This document shows, piece after piece, positions 46,631-56,666 of a stretch of DNA of 64,000 bases; within the stretch, counting starts at the first letter, position 1; each line of letters opens with the position of its first letter. The stretch lies in the IMG/VR virus record IMGVR_UViG_3300010356_002264; one strand, written 5' to 3'. A program made the position numbers and the translations under genes. The stretch is from a virus. Taxonomy: Duplodnaviria > Caudoviricetes. The notes under the pieces were generated by a model that saw only the letters and a list, made by a program, of their open reading frames with translations, was not told where the DNA came from and searched no databases.

Positions 46631-49600
46631 ATGAGCGCAACATCGAACCGACCGTACGCGGGGACCTGGAAGGAAGGGGGATACCCCACCGTTGACGTGG
46701 CCCCGGACACCGTGGTGCGGATCAACGGTGGGTGGTCGCTCCTGTCGTGCGCCCGTTGCGGGTCTCGGATCGACGTGAACCGCTACGTGATCGAGACGAC
46801 CGTGGAGGCTGGGACCGAGCCTGGCGGGACCAGCGCGACCTTCACGCTGTCGCTCCCCGCGACGCTCGCCTGGTACCAGGCATCACGGGTCATACCCGTG
46901 GGGGCTGAGGTGGAGGTCTTCATGCGGGGCTACTTCCCCGCCACCGGGCTCTTCCCAGACCTCGATCCTCCAGAGCGCACGGTGGCCGCCGCGCAAGCCT
47001 CCGCGCTCACGCCCGCGCCGGACGCGCCCTCCACCGTGGAGGTCGAGGACAAGACGAAGAAGAGCAAGCTAGGCAGCCGGCCGCGCAACCAGGCGATCAC
47101 CCAGGTGGTGGTTCACGAGTCCGACACGAGGAGCTCGGCGGAGACCGAAGCGGCCCTGGGGCACCGGCACCTGTCCGCCCACTACACGGTCGACGCGGAC
47201 GGGTCGGTCGCGCGACTCGTGCCGGAGAGTCGCGTGGCGTCCCACGCGGGCGCGCACAATGCCCGCTCGGTGGGGATCGAGGTGTCCAATCCCGACTACG
47301 GCCGGGACGCGCGTCCCGGCCAGCAGGTCATCCGCGCGCCCTGGATGGACAAGGGGAGCTATGCGGTGCCCCCTCGTGAGCAGACGGAGTCGACGTGGAG
47401 GCTCACGCAGGACATCGCGCGACGCAACAACGTGCCCGTCTCATTCCCAGCGGAGCGGGGTGACTCGTTCCGCATGACGAGCATCTCGTCGGACCAGGCG
47501 AACCAGCCAGGCATCATCTCGCACGCCCAACTGTCGGGCAACAAGGCGGACGGGTCGTTCGAGGTGCTCTACGGGGCGATTCGCTCGCGCGGCTACGACC
47601 CTGACGAGGCATACGACCGAGCGGTCCAGGCCGCCCAGCAGGGCAGTACGGTGACCCTCCCGCCCAAGCGACCGCCCGACAACCCCCCATCACCCGCGCG
47701 AGTCGAACCACCTCGCGATGACGTGACCCTGTCCCGGGAGGGGGGTCGGGCCGGTACGGAGGACCTCGCGGCCTACCCGTACTATCCGGTCTTTCGAGGC
47801 GTCGTGACCAACATCGGAGAGGGGCGGAGTGAGGGCGCGGTGACCCTCTCGGTCCAGTGCGCAAGCCTGCTGCATTTTTGGCAGTACCAGGTGGTGAGCT
47901 CCAACGCGTCCGTGTTCGGGGTGCGCCCGAGCGGGTCGGGACTCAAGACCTCTGACCTCGGGCACAACCTGGTGGGGAGGCACCCGTACCAGATCCTCTA
48001 CGAGCTGCACTACGACGAGGTGGGCGCGGCGGCCGGCGTCGAGTGGGCGCTCACCCAGAAGACCAACCGCGACGCACGGACGGACGGGGGACAGACGTAC
48101 AAGTTCCTGCGCGACTACTGGACGGCGCGCTTCTCCTCCAAGGAGGTCAAGCTCCGCATGCACGCGGCGACTGGGCAGCTCCTCACTGCACTCCAGTCGG
48201 CGTTCCTCGCCCGCACCCCCACCGACGACCTGCTGCGCGCGCAGCGCGAGAAGAACCCCTCTCCACTGCTTCGGGGCAACAAGGGGACGGGGATCCTCGA
48301 CCAGGCATACACCCTGAACCTGCTGCGCCCCGACAGCGACACGCTGCGGACCTCCTCCAAGGGCGCTCCCCTGGAGTTCAACCTCGCCGAGATGCAGGCG
48401 TTCGTCTCCAACCTCGGCGAGTGGGGGCAGTTCCAGTACTTCGAGTCGGCCTACGAGACCAAGATGGACGTCGCGCAGAAGGTCTGCGAGGTGACGGGCT
48501 TTGAGTTCTTCCAGGACGTCGACGGTGACTTCGTCTTCAAGCCGAAGATGTACAACATGGACACGAGCCCGCTGCGGGCCTACCGCATCGAGCCCCACGA
48601 GATCCTGTCGTGGAACGCCGACGAGAAGGAGCCCCCGGTCACGTACGCGCGAGTTCGAGGCTCTCGGTTCGAGAACCTCTCCGGGACGGGGACCGAGGGC
48701 GTCTGGGGGATCGAGGGGCAGTACGTCGACTACCGCCTCGTCGCTCAGTTCGGGTGGAGGCCCCTGGAGATCGAGTCGGCCTCCGTCACCAACCCGACGA
48801 CCGCCTTCTACCTGGCGGCGTCCAAGGTCGATGAGTCGAACGCCCTCACCTCGACGGCCACCGTCACGATCCCGCTGCGCCCAGAGCTGCGGCCAGGCTA
48901 CCCGGTCTACGTGCGGTCGCGCGACTGCTTCTACTACGTGACGGGCATCACGCACAGCTACTCGCAGGGGGGCAACGCCCAGACGACCCTCCAGATGGTC
49001 GCGCGTCGCGAGCCCTTTCGGCCTCCGGGCGTAGTTGGAGGAGAGGCGCGCGGGATCCAGGCGGTGACCCTGGGGAACCCGTCGAATCCCCCCCGGTCGG
49101 TGGTCGCACGCACCGATGACGGGGCGCTCCGTGAGGTCGGGTTCCCGAACGTCATCCTCGCGCTCGACCCCACGCGTCTCGACCCCGTGTACCTGCGAGC
49201 CGGCGTGGGCTTCGACAACATCGACAACCCGGCGGTCCTGCGCGCGCTGCTGGAGACGGCGGCGGACCAGCGCATCATCCGCCGGTTGGGTAACGGGACC
49301 TACGAGGCGGACATCCCAGATGATCGGGGAGGGTCTAGGCCCGTCCGTCTGGCGGCGGGCAGTGGGGCCGGGCCCGGTGGAGTGGACGTGCTCAAGTCCG
49401 CGTCGGTGATCGCGCGGTCCAGGAAGGCGACGCAGAAGGAGCGCGCCAAGCTGGAGGCCAAGCTGCGGGAGGCCGAGTCAGCAGGTTCGGACCCCACCGG
49501 CGGGAAGGCGGCGCAGAAGAAGCGCGACGAGGCTGCCAAGCTCCGCGAGCAGCTCCGGGGGCTAGACTCGTCCGCGAGCCTTTCCTCCCAAGAGGCGGCC

Positions 49601-51301
49601 GAGGCGGGCATCCTTGTGCGGGTGCTAGAACGGCTGGGAGGTCCAGGCTCTGCCCCCACGGGTCCTGAGGACGAGAAGGCCCGGCGCACTGCGGACCTGC
49701 TGCGCATCCTCGGGGACCGCAAGGCGGCCTTCCTGTCGGACGAGGTGCCGGGGCGGTACCGCTACTACTCCGCCTCACACCCCGACCCGAGCGAGCAGGC
49801 TCCTCCGTCGATCGTGCTGCTCCGGCAATCGGGGGGGACGACCGACGTCGAGACGGTGCCCGAGCCTGTGGACCCAGCCTACGTGGGTGAGACGACGCGG
49901 GGCTTGCTGCCCGCGGAAACCGCTGAGCGGCTCGACCTCGTCAAGGTGGCGAAGGTGCGCCCGCAGCGCGGTGTGCGGGTGCTCACGAGCAAGACGACAG
50001 CCCCGCGAGGAGAGGTGATCCCGTCGCACCACGTGCAGGAGGTGCGTCTCGCTCCGGTCTCCATCCGTTACGACCTGCCCGTGCGGGAGAGCGAGGGGTG
50101 GACGAACCGAACGGGCATCCTGCGAGAGGTGCGTTCCGATGCGCTGAGCCGGTTCCTTGGGGCCGCGCGGGACGCGGGCATATCCGCCTCATCTGTCCTG
50201 AAGGACGTGATGGCGACTCCCTGGGCGGAGGCGGCTGTGGCGGTCCCCATCGCGGAGGCGGCTGCGCGGGCGGCTGTAGCTCTCGACCTGCCCCGTACGG
50301 GGGTTCCGACGCTCCCCGCGGAGGTCATCGCGAGGGGACAGACCGCGCGGACAGACGCTCCGCTTGGACCCCTGGGAACCCCTGATTGGGTGGAGGCGGC
50401 GTGCGCGAGCCTGGCCGACTCGATGCGGTTTCAGGTGGAGGCGAACGCCTCGGCATGGGAGCGCGCGGTCACAGGGGCCAACGGCCCGGATGTGAGTCGA
50501 AAGGCGATCGACACCTTCTGGGGAAGCCTTGCGGGCCGCCTCCGCGTCTCCGTGACCTCCCAGGACCGGCGCGAGGTCAAGGAAACCAAGAGGAAGGAGG
50601 TCCAGGTACAGGCACCGGTGTTCCCTGTATCCGACGAGGGGGGCTACCAGGTTATCGGGGCCTACCGATACGGACGAGGCGTCCAGCCTGGTGCGGGTGG
50701 GGCGTGGTCTGACCTGCGGAAGCAGGACCCCCTGTCGCTGCTCAGCCGGACGACGGTGGACCAGGTACTCGACGAGGTCGTTACCAACCGCAAGCCCAGC
50801 GCCGAGCTATCTGAGAAGGTCGCGCGGACGCTCCGCGAGAACCTCCAGGACGACGACCTCCTAGAGCTCGGCCTCCTGCGGAAGAAGAAGGACACCGACC
50901 AGCTGGAGGTCGACCTCCTCAACTGGGTCGCCAATGGTCGGGAGGGCGTCCACAAGTTGCCTGCGGGCAACACCCCGACGGAGCTCGGGGACATGGCGCT
51001 CGACCCCGGACGTCCTCTCGACACGGGCTGCGTGTGCAAGGTGTCCCCGCCAGGCGAAGTGGTGGACGAGGACCTGCTCGGTGACCCAGGCAGCGTGACG
51101 GAGGCGCTCGTGCAGCGCGCCGACCAAGTCGCACCCCAGTGGCGGCAGCGGCAGGACGCCGTGCGTGGGGCCGGGCCAGGCGTGCGTCCCGCAGGGTCGT
51201 CGAGCACAGTCGCGCAGGTTGACCAGGCGGCTCGGCAGCTTGAGGCTGCGTTCTCGGGCTTCGGCGACCCTGACAGCTCGCGCAGGGGACCCGTGGGGTA
51301 G
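46631..51301 (+). CDS. Baseplate hub (gp27/gpD-like) protein with an inserted N-acetylmuramoyl-L-alanine amidase (Amidase_2) domain
   Basis: Hub motifs EVEVFMRG, YPVFRGVVT, FFQDVDGDFVFKP, TIPLRPELRPGYPV..YYVTGITHSY; amidase VVVHES..SAHYTV..ASHAG..NARSVGIE..IISH..KAD. Confidence 0.75.
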   Translation: MSATSNRPYAGTWKEGGYPTVDVAPDTVVRINGGWSLLSCARCGSRIDVNRYVIETTVEAGTEPGGTSATFTLSLPATLAWYQASRVIPVGAEVEVFMRGYFPATGLFPDLDPPERTVAAAQASALTPAPDAPSTVEVEDKTKKSKLGSRPRNQAITQVVVHESDTRSSAETEAALGHRHLSAHYTVDADGSVARLVPESRVASHAGAHNARSVGIEVSNPDYGRDARPGQQVIRAPWMDKGSYAVPPREQTESTWRLTQDIARRNNVPVSFPAERGDSFRMTSISSDQANQPGIISHAQLSGNKADGSFEVLYGAIRSRGYDPDEAYDRAVQAAQQGSTVTLPPKRPPDNPPSPARVEPPRDDVTLSREGGRAGTEDLAAYPYYPVFRGVVTNIGEGRSEGAVTLSVQCASLLHFWQYQVVSSNASVFGVRPSGSGLKTSDLGHNLVGRHPYQILYELHYDEVGAAAGVEWALTQKTNRDARTDGGQTYKFLRDYWTARFSSKEVKLRMHAATGQLLTALQSAFLARTPTDDLLRAQREKNPSPLLRGNKGTGILDQAYTLNLLRPDSDTLRTSSKGAPLEFNLAEMQAFVSNLGEWGQFQYFESAYETKMDVAQKVCEVTGFEFFQDVDGDFVFKPKMYNMDTSPLRAYRIEPHEILSWNADEKEPPVTYARVRGSRFENLSGTGTEGVWGIEGQYVDYRLVAQFGWRPLEIESASVTNPTTAFYLAASKVDESNALTSTATVTIPLRPELRPGYPVYVRSRDCFYYVTGITHSYSQGGNAQTTLQMVARREPFRPPGVVGGEARGIQAVTLGNPSNPPRSVVARTDDGALREVGFPNVILALDPTRLDPVYLRAGVGFDNIDNPAVLRALLETAADQRIIRRLGNGTYEADIPDDRGGSRPVRLAAGSGAGPGGVDVLKSASVIARSRKATQKERAKLEAKLREAESAGSDPTGGKAAQKKRDEAAKLREQLRGLDSSASLSSQEAAEAGILVRVLERLGGPGSAPTGPEDEKARRTADLLRILGDRKAAFLSDEVPGRYRYYSASHPDPSEQAPPSIVLLRQSGGTTDVETVPEPVDPAYVGETTRGLLPAETAERLDLVKVAKVRPQRGVRVLTSKTTAPRGEVIPSHHVQEVRLAPVSIRYDLPVRESEGWTNRTGILREVRSDALSRFLGAARDAGISASSVLKDVMATPWAEAAVAVPIAEAAARAAVALDLPRTGVPTLPAEVIARGQTARTDAPLGPLGTPDWVEAACASLADSMRFQVEANASAWERAVTGANGPDVSRKAIDTFWGSLAGRLRVSVTSQDRREVKETKRKEVQVQAPVFPVSDEGGYQVIGAYRYGRGVQPGAGGAWSDLRKQDPLSLLSRTTVDQVLDEVVTNRKPSAELSEKVARTLRENLQDDDLLELGLLRKKKDTDQLEVDLLNWVANGREGVHKLPAGNTPTELGDMALDPGRPLDTGCVCKVSPPGEVVDEDLLGDPGSVTEALVQRADQVAPQWRQRQDAVRGAGPGVRPAGSSSTVAQVDQAARQLEAAFSGFGDPDSSRRGPVG

Positions 51302-51309
51302 ACGGGGTC

Positions 51310-51729
51310 ATGAAGGGCTACGCGGCTTGCTACGTGTTTCGCGCAGAGGATATGCGCACGTACGACCTCGCCCAGCGCGTCGTCGAGGTCCTTCCCGAAG
51401 ACGGGAGGATCCGCTGCCACGAGCTCGCCCGCATCGTGCAGGAGGTCCTCGGCTCCGGAGAGGTAGAGGACGGCCTCTACGGGAGCGAGCGCACTCACGC
51501 GCTCCACGAGCACTCGTGGATCGTGCTGCGCCGGCTGGGACGGAACCGCCACATCCTCGACCCCTACGCGATTGGTCAGTACCCTCCTGTCCAGCTCGTC
51601 GAGGTAGGGCTCCCGCTCGACGACCCCTACCTCGCGGGAAAGCCACGTGACGACATCCGAACGGACCTTGTACGCGAGGGTGCGCGTCTCGTACGCGAGC
51701 GCCTGCCCCGCTACCACCTGGTGGGGTAG
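51310..51729 (+). CDS. Hypothetical protein (139 aa), transglutaminase/papain-like C..H..D pattern
   Basis: RCHE..EHSWI..ILDPY. Confidence 0.6.
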   Translation: MKGYAACYVFRAEDMRTYDLAQRVVEVLPEDGRIRCHELARIVQEVLGSGEVEDGLYGSERTHALHEHSWIVLRRLGRNRHILDPYAIGQYPPVQLVEVGLPLDDPYLAGKPRDDIRTDLVREGARLVRERLPRYHLVG

Positions 51730-51816
51730 GCCAGCTCCTAAACAGGCTGACGCTGCGACCCGTTCACATGCAGATATGAGGTTCATCTCCTCTTGAATAA
51801 TGGAACCCTCATACCC

Positions 51817-51830
51817 GGTATGCTTACCGC
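51817..51830 (+). promoter_or_regulatory. Class II promoter-like element (GG-TATGCT-N6-ATG)
   Basis: Hexamer 51819-51824. Confidence 0.6.
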
Positions 51831-54098
51831 ATGAGAGGTTCTGCTACGAGCGGTGGCCGGCTCCCGGCCGAAGAGATGACGGCCCTGTCGCGCGCCGAGA
51901 TCCTGCGGGATCCTGCGACGCTGCGGGAGCGTAACCGGAGGCGCGACCCCGGCAACCTGTGGGGGTTGGGGGTCGCGCGAGTGCTAGCGGTCGACCCCGC
52001 GACGCTCCAGGTGACCCTGCGGGTCGTGCTGGGGGCGCCGGACGACCAGCCCAAGATGCCCGTGGCGGTCCCCATGCCGATGGCGGGTCGCCGCCACCTG
52101 CTCGGCGGTCTCCCCGAGGTGGGAGACTATGCGGTGGTCGGCTGGATCCCGCAGGAGTCGCTGGCCCCACGCGCGCGGACGCCCGTCATCGTGGGGTGGG
52201 TGGTCCCTGGCGTGCCCCTCGGGCTGCTCGGGGCGCGGTCCTCGATGCTCTCCGCGGACGACGCGGACCTCGACGACGAGACCGTGCGCGGCGTGCTCGG
52301 TCCGGACGCCCCCGCGCGGTACCGGTTCCTCGGGTTGAACCCGGGAGACATCGCGGGGAGCTCCGCCGCGGGCGCTGACCTCCTCGTGGGGTCGGGGGTT
52401 CGCGCGGTCGCGCAGGGAGGGAGCGAGGTGACCGCGCGCGGCGACGACGACTCCGTGGTCGCGCGCGGCGTCACCATCCATGAGGCCGCGGCCGGCGTGC
52501 GTGTCTACGCCGGCCCGGTGCGCAGGGACGCCCTCCTGCCCCCGTTCGGTGTGGTGGCCCGCGACCTGCCCGAGGCCGACCGACGCGGCCACGCGGAGGA
52601 CGAGCTCGTGCCGGCGGTCGAGCTGGACCGGGGACCTGGGGCCACGGGGCAGCCGCTGGAGCGCGTGCCCGACGACCTGGACCCCTACCAGGTGTGGGTG
52701 CGGGCCGGTTGGGGAGACGAGAACGGGAAGCTGTCGGAGGCGAGCGCGGAAGCGGTAGCGGACCCCGCTACCCGCGTGGCGGGGGGCCGGAGGTACAGGC
52801 TCGTCCCCGCGCGCCCGGGCGAGCCGGGTCCGGAGGACCTGCACTTCGCTGAGTGGCGCATTGAGGCGGCGTTCGAGGCCCGACCGCAGATCCCCACGAC
52901 GGAGGTGACGGACGGAATCGACGCAGAGCGCCTGCCCACCCCCCAGGGAGAGGCCCCTCCGGAGCGGCCGACCGTGCGCCTGGCACTGGGCACCGCGGTG
53001 GGAAATGACCCATGGGGGGCTCCAGACAGCTACGGGCGGCCCCTTCGTCCCCGCACTAGAACTCAGGGGGTTCCGGACCCGCGGGTCGAGGCCGGTGGGA
53101 GCCCAGAGGACTTCGCGGCCTTCCTGTTGGAGGTGGACCCCACGACCGAGGATGCGCCCCCGTGCTTCGTGGGGATCGACCGCGGGGGTCGCGCGCGCGT
53201 GTCGCTGGCCGGCACTGTCGAGGACGCGGCCCTCGACGTCGTGGCGGCTGGACGCGGGCAGGTGAGCTTCGGAGGTGACCTTCAGGTCGAGGCGGAGCTC
53301 GGAGCAACGATGCGAGACCGCGGTGCACGGGGAGTCCTGCTGGCGTCCGATCGAGGCCCCGTCGTACTTCAGGGGAGCGGACCCGGCATGGTGCAGGACG
53401 GGCCGTCGATCCGACTGGAGGCCGTTGCGGGGAACGCGCTGCTGCGAGCGGCCGACACCGCGCAGGTGCGGGCGGTCACGGTGAAGCTCGTCGGGGACTC
53501 GGTCCAAGCGTCGGCGACTCAGGACGTCAACATCGAGGCGGGCGGGCGGCTATCGACGAGCTGCTCGATCGGGGCCGCCTACTACTCGACGCGACGCGAG
53601 GAGCTTCATGGGGGCAACAAGGGACCGCTCCACACGCGGACCTACAAGCCCGCGCTACCCGGCCAGACGTGCGAGAAGGTCACCTACGAGACGGGAGACC
53701 GGGAGGAGACCTTCAAGCTCGGGTCCCACACCACGACCATCCAGGTGGGGTCCATGACCTACCAGACGGAGCTTGGGGCCATCCACCTGCGCGCGGTCCA
53801 GACAAAGATCGACATGGACTCGACGGGGCTACGCGGAGAGGCAGCGGTGGGGGTCGTGACGCTCGACGCCAAGACGGGGCCCATATCGCTGCGCGGCACC
53901 GTGAGCGCCGAGCTCGTCACGAGCGCCGGAGCCGTCACGGTGTCCGGTGCGCAGTCGGTCTACCTCGGGGCGCAGGTGCAGAAGAACGAGCTTGGCCCGA
54001 TCATATCGGCGGGGTCTAACGACCCGCTGACGGGCCTCCCGTTCGCCACCTGGGGGATGGGGTCGCCCTTCCACCTGATCGGCCCCCCGAAGGGGTAG
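51831..54098 (+). CDS. Baseplate central spike (gp5/gpV/VgrG-like) protein
   Basis: OB-fold-like ARVLAVDP..GGLPEVGDYAVVGW; C-terminal beta-strand repeats; DPLTGLP tip motif; downstream of the hub gene. Confidence 0.65.
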   Translation: MRGSATSGGRLPAEEMTALSRAEILRDPATLRERNRRRDPGNLWGLGVARVLAVDPATLQVTLRVVLGAPDDQPKMPVAVPMPMAGRRHLLGGLPEVGDYAVVGWIPQESLAPRARTPVIVGWVVPGVPLGLLGARSSMLSADDADLDDETVRGVLGPDAPARYRFLGLNPGDIAGSSAAGADLLVGSGVRAVAQGGSEVTARGDDDSVVARGVTIHEAAAGVRVYAGPVRRDALLPPFGVVARDLPEADRRGHAEDELVPAVELDRGPGATGQPLERVPDDLDPYQVWVRAGWGDENGKLSEASAEAVADPATRVAGGRRYRLVPARPGEPGPEDLHFAEWRIEAAFEARPQIPTTEVTDGIDAERLPTPQGEAPPERPTVRLALGTAVGNDPWGAPDSYGRPLRPRTRTQGVPDPRVEAGGSPEDFAAFLLEVDPTTEDAPPCFVGIDRGGRARVSLAGTVEDAALDVVAAGRGQVSFGGDLQVEAELGATMRDRGARGVLLASDRGPVVLQGSGPGMVQDGPSIRLEAVAGNALLRAADTAQVRAVTVKLVGDSVQASATQDVNIEAGGRLSTSCSIGAAYYSTRREELHGGNKGPLHTRTYKPALPGQTCEKVTYETGDREETFKLGSHTTTIQVGSMTYQTELGAIHLRAVQTKIDMDSTGLRGEAAVGVVTLDAKTGPISLRGTVSAELVTSAGAVTVSGAQSVYLGAQVQKNELGPIISAGSNDPLTGLPFATWGMGSPFHLIGPPKG

Positions 54099-54099
54099 C

Positions 54100-54330
54100 T
54101 TACAGCCTGGACGCTAGGGGGCACGCCGGGCATATGGAGTCGGTCGACGGAGCGGCCCCGCAGGGCTCGACGACCGCGATGATCTGGTAGCCATCTCCAG
54201 CGATGGAGACGACCCGCATGTGGGGGTTCTCCTCCACCCACTTCGCGAGGCGCTCTCCGGCGTCGAAGTTGCCGCGTCCGCGCTCGTCGAAGCTCTGGCT
54301 GAATACTTCTACCTGCTGCTTGTTCCTCAT
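54100..54330 (-). CDS. Small hypothetical protein (76 aa, MRNKQQVEVF...)
   Basis: ATGA-coupled to the upstream gene, SD AAGGAGG. Confidence 0.65.
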   Translation of the reverse strand: MRNKQQVEVFSQSFDERGRGNFDAGERLAKWVEENPHMRVVSIAGDGYQIIAVVEPCGAAPSTDSICPACPLASRL

Positions 54331-54566
54331 GCGGCCTCCTTGGCACGACGATGCGGGGGATCGACCTTGGCGAGCCGCCTGCGCAGCGCCTGAAGCTCGT
54401 TGTCGAGGCGCTGGAACTGGACGGTCGGCCACTCCTCGGTGGACTCTGACTCGTTGTGCGCCTCGGACTCGGCCTCCATCTCGGACTCGATGTCGAGGAG
54501 GCGCTCCCGGATGCGTGCAACCTCAGGGTTTGGAGTCTCAGGGGTGACTTGGGGTTTGCGGCTCAT
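54327..54566 (-). CDS. Small acidic coiled-coil protein (79 aa)
   Basis: Track ORF; class I element upstream. Confidence 0.7.
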   Translation of the reverse strand: MSRKPQVTPETPNPEVARIRERLLDIESEMEAESEAHNESESTEEWPTVQFQRLDNELQALRRRLAKVDPPHRRAKEAA

Positions 54567-54645
54567 ACCGTGTAGTCGAGGATCAACAACCGTACGGAGC
54601 TGACCTTCTCAGCTCCGCATGCGGTCCGCAGAATCACCCCCCCAC
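54567..54645. promoter_or_regulatory. Back-to-back divergent class I elements
   Basis: GGAGCTGA-ccttc-TCAGCTCC at 54596-54616; ATGs at 54566 (-) and 54646 (+), each 36 nt from its CAGCTC. Confidence 0.78.
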
Positions 54646-55908
54646 ATGGGATGCTTTGACCTCTCCTGCTGCGTGTCTGGGCTGCCGATCCGAGCCGACG
54701 ACCCGGTGATGTTCTTCCTCGTCACCAAGAACCCCAGCGCGCGACGCTGCACTCACAGTGTGGACGGCACCTGGGTCGCCCGCACATTCCCGCTGCGGGC
54801 CCGCTACAATGACTACGGGAGCATCGAGGAGGTCGAGGAGGGACCGCTGCGCGACGTCATCCTGGAGGGTCTCGCTCAGGACGTCGTCGAGAAGGGCGTG
54901 GGATCCAACGTCTGTCACGACGTGGCAGTGCGACGGGACATGGACTTTGACGCCCTGCTCCGTGCCCTGTGGGAGGGGCGCGTCGAGGTGCGGGCCGGCT
55001 TCGGGCGGGGGACGCGCAAGGAACCCACGCATGAGGACAAGATAGCGTGGGACGCTGAAGCTGGACCCGGCGTCCCCACGATACGAAGAATCGAGGAGGC
55101 GATCACGAAGGCTGGACTGCCCGTGGCCTTCAACGTCGACGGGAACTGGAACTTACCCAACGGTTACATCGTGGACCGTCTCAATCCCGGCGAGGTGACT
55201 ATTCGGTACTTCGGTGGGTTTGGACTTGGCCAGGAGGGGACGGCCCAGCACCTGGAGAAGGTGCTCCCCCTACTCACCGAGTACGCGACCGCCCTGTGGC
55301 CCCACGACTACAACGAGGCGGAGATCCGGGTGCGGCCGAAGGTCGGGACGACCTTCCACCAAATCCACCACTACTGGGACAACACCCTGTCGGTCAAGCA
55401 GGCGATGATCCGACAGGACGTGTGGGACGCGATCCTCCAGCTACGTGTCCCCAAGAGCTGGTACGCCTCGGACGGCAAGACCGTAGGGATCAGAGAGTAC
55501 GTCCGGGATGCGCGCCGCACCTGGGCGGACCTCAGCCGACCTGCTGGCATGGACGAGGTGCTGGCACGCGTCACGGAAGGGGGTGAGAAGTTCCGGGAGC
55601 GCTACGGGGCCCCGGTCCTCACCTACGTCGGAGGCGAGAGCCAGGGAGCGGGAGGGTCTGTGACGCTGTACGGGCACGCCGACCTGCTCATGCGCAAGAA
55701 GCTCAGCCGCGCGCAGGTGCGGTACATCACCCAGCGGGCTGGTGAGTTCGCCTTCGTGCGTGCGGTCCTCGGTCGCGCGGGCCGCTACCACCTGCCCTCG
55801 CACCACAGCCCCGGTCAGAGCACGCCCCCCCACCCGGCGCTCGCGCTTCAGGAGGCGATCATCAAGGTCACGCGTCGGAACCGAAGGAAGTACGACCGGA
55901 TGAGGTAG
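54646..55908 (+). CDS. Hypothetical protein (420 aa); N-terminus similar to 42298..43404
   Basis: MGCFDLSCCVSGLPI..FPLRARYNDYGSIEEVE. Confidence 0.78.
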   Translation: MGCFDLSCCVSGLPIRADDPVMFFLVTKNPSARRCTHSVDGTWVARTFPLRARYNDYGSIEEVEEGPLRDVILEGLAQDVVEKGVGSNVCHDVAVRRDMDFDALLRALWEGRVEVRAGFGRGTRKEPTHEDKIAWDAEAGPGVPTIRRIEEAITKAGLPVAFNVDGNWNLPNGYIVDRLNPGEVTIRYFGGFGLGQEGTAQHLEKVLPLLTEYATALWPHDYNEAEIRVRPKVGTTFHQIHHYWDNTLSVKQAMIRQDVWDAILQLRVPKSWYASDGKTVGIREYVRDARRTWADLSRPAGMDEVLARVTEGGEKFRERYGAPVLTYVGGESQGAGGSVTLYGHADLLMRKKLSRAQVRYITQRAGEFAFVRAVLGRAGRYHLPSHHSPGQSTPPHPALALQEAIIKVTRRNRRKYDRMR

Positions 55909-55918
55909 GATCGAGGGC

Positions 55919-56158
55919 ATGTCGCTCGCCCTACGTCGCGCGCAGGTGGTCGCCAGCGCGACCGGCATCCACCCGCAGCGCGCCCTCCCCTACCCGAAGC
56001 TCGTGACGGCGGCCCTAGCGTGGGACCCCAAGCTCCAGGGCTCTAGGCCCCCGCAGGACCCCTTGCCGGAGGCGCGCCCCCAGGAGGCACAGTCGCTGGC
56101 TCGCCGGCTGGCGATGGCGGAAGAGACCCGAACGGAGCAGAAGTACGAATCAACGTGA
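55919..56158 (+). CDS. Small hypothetical protein (79 aa)
   Basis: GG-TAGGAT-N7-ATG upstream; overlaps the tail of the convergent ORF. Confidence 0.45.
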   Translation: MSLALRRAQVVASATGIHPQRALPYPKLVTAALAWDPKLQGSRPPQDPLPEARPQEAQSLARRLAMAEETRTEQKYEST

Positions 56159-56666
56159 GGTCGGGGTGGGCTTCCGCGATGTCGAACATGTGAGGCCCCA
56201 GCACGACAGTTACCTGCCGCGCAGACTCTCGATGAAGGATCTGGAGGACCCCGAGCGTAAGGCTGTGCTGGGGGCTGTATTTTTCGGGGTCGAAGACGAT
56301 CACCCCGCGCAGCTTGGTCCGTCGCATGTAGTAGGCCGTGGCCCACGCGACCGCGTAGATGCTGTCGGGGCCGTTCCGCACAAAGTCCGGCAAGTTGGCC
56401 TGGAGGGGAGCACAGGCCGCAACCATGTGTAGGAACGTCTGAGCCTCATTGATGCTCAGGCGGGCATGCAGGAGGTTCAGTAACTCCAGGGAGTTCGCCG
56501 CGTGGGAGGCATCAAGCGCCAGAAGACCGGCCTCGGCTACCTCAGCCAGCCCGGACTCTGTGAGGGGTTTCGGTAGGGGGGCCCGGGAGACGTAGAAGTG
56601 CGCGTACCGGCCCACGAGGAGGTGGATCTTCTCCTGGCGGATAGGGGTGTCCTGCTGTGTGTGCAT
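56043..56666 (-). CDS. Hypothetical protein (207 aa, MHTQQDTPIRQEK...)
   Basis: Track ORF restarted at ATG 56666, 36 nt after CAGCTC. Confidence 0.6.
   Translation of the reverse strand: MHTQQDTPIRQEKIHLLVGRYAHFYVSRAPLPKPLTESGLAEVAEAGLLALDASHAANSLELLNLLHARLSINEAQTFLHMVAACAPLQANLPDFVRNGPDSIYAVAWATAYYMRRTKLRGVIVFDPEKYSPQHSLTLGVLQILHRESARQVTVVLGPHMFDIAEAHPDLTLIRTSAPFGSLPPSPAGEPATVPPGGAPPARGPAGA

Noticed and set aside
54596-54616. Inverted repeat as an intrinsic terminator
   Set aside because: It lies between divergent genes, has no U-tract, and is explained by two back-to-back class I elements.
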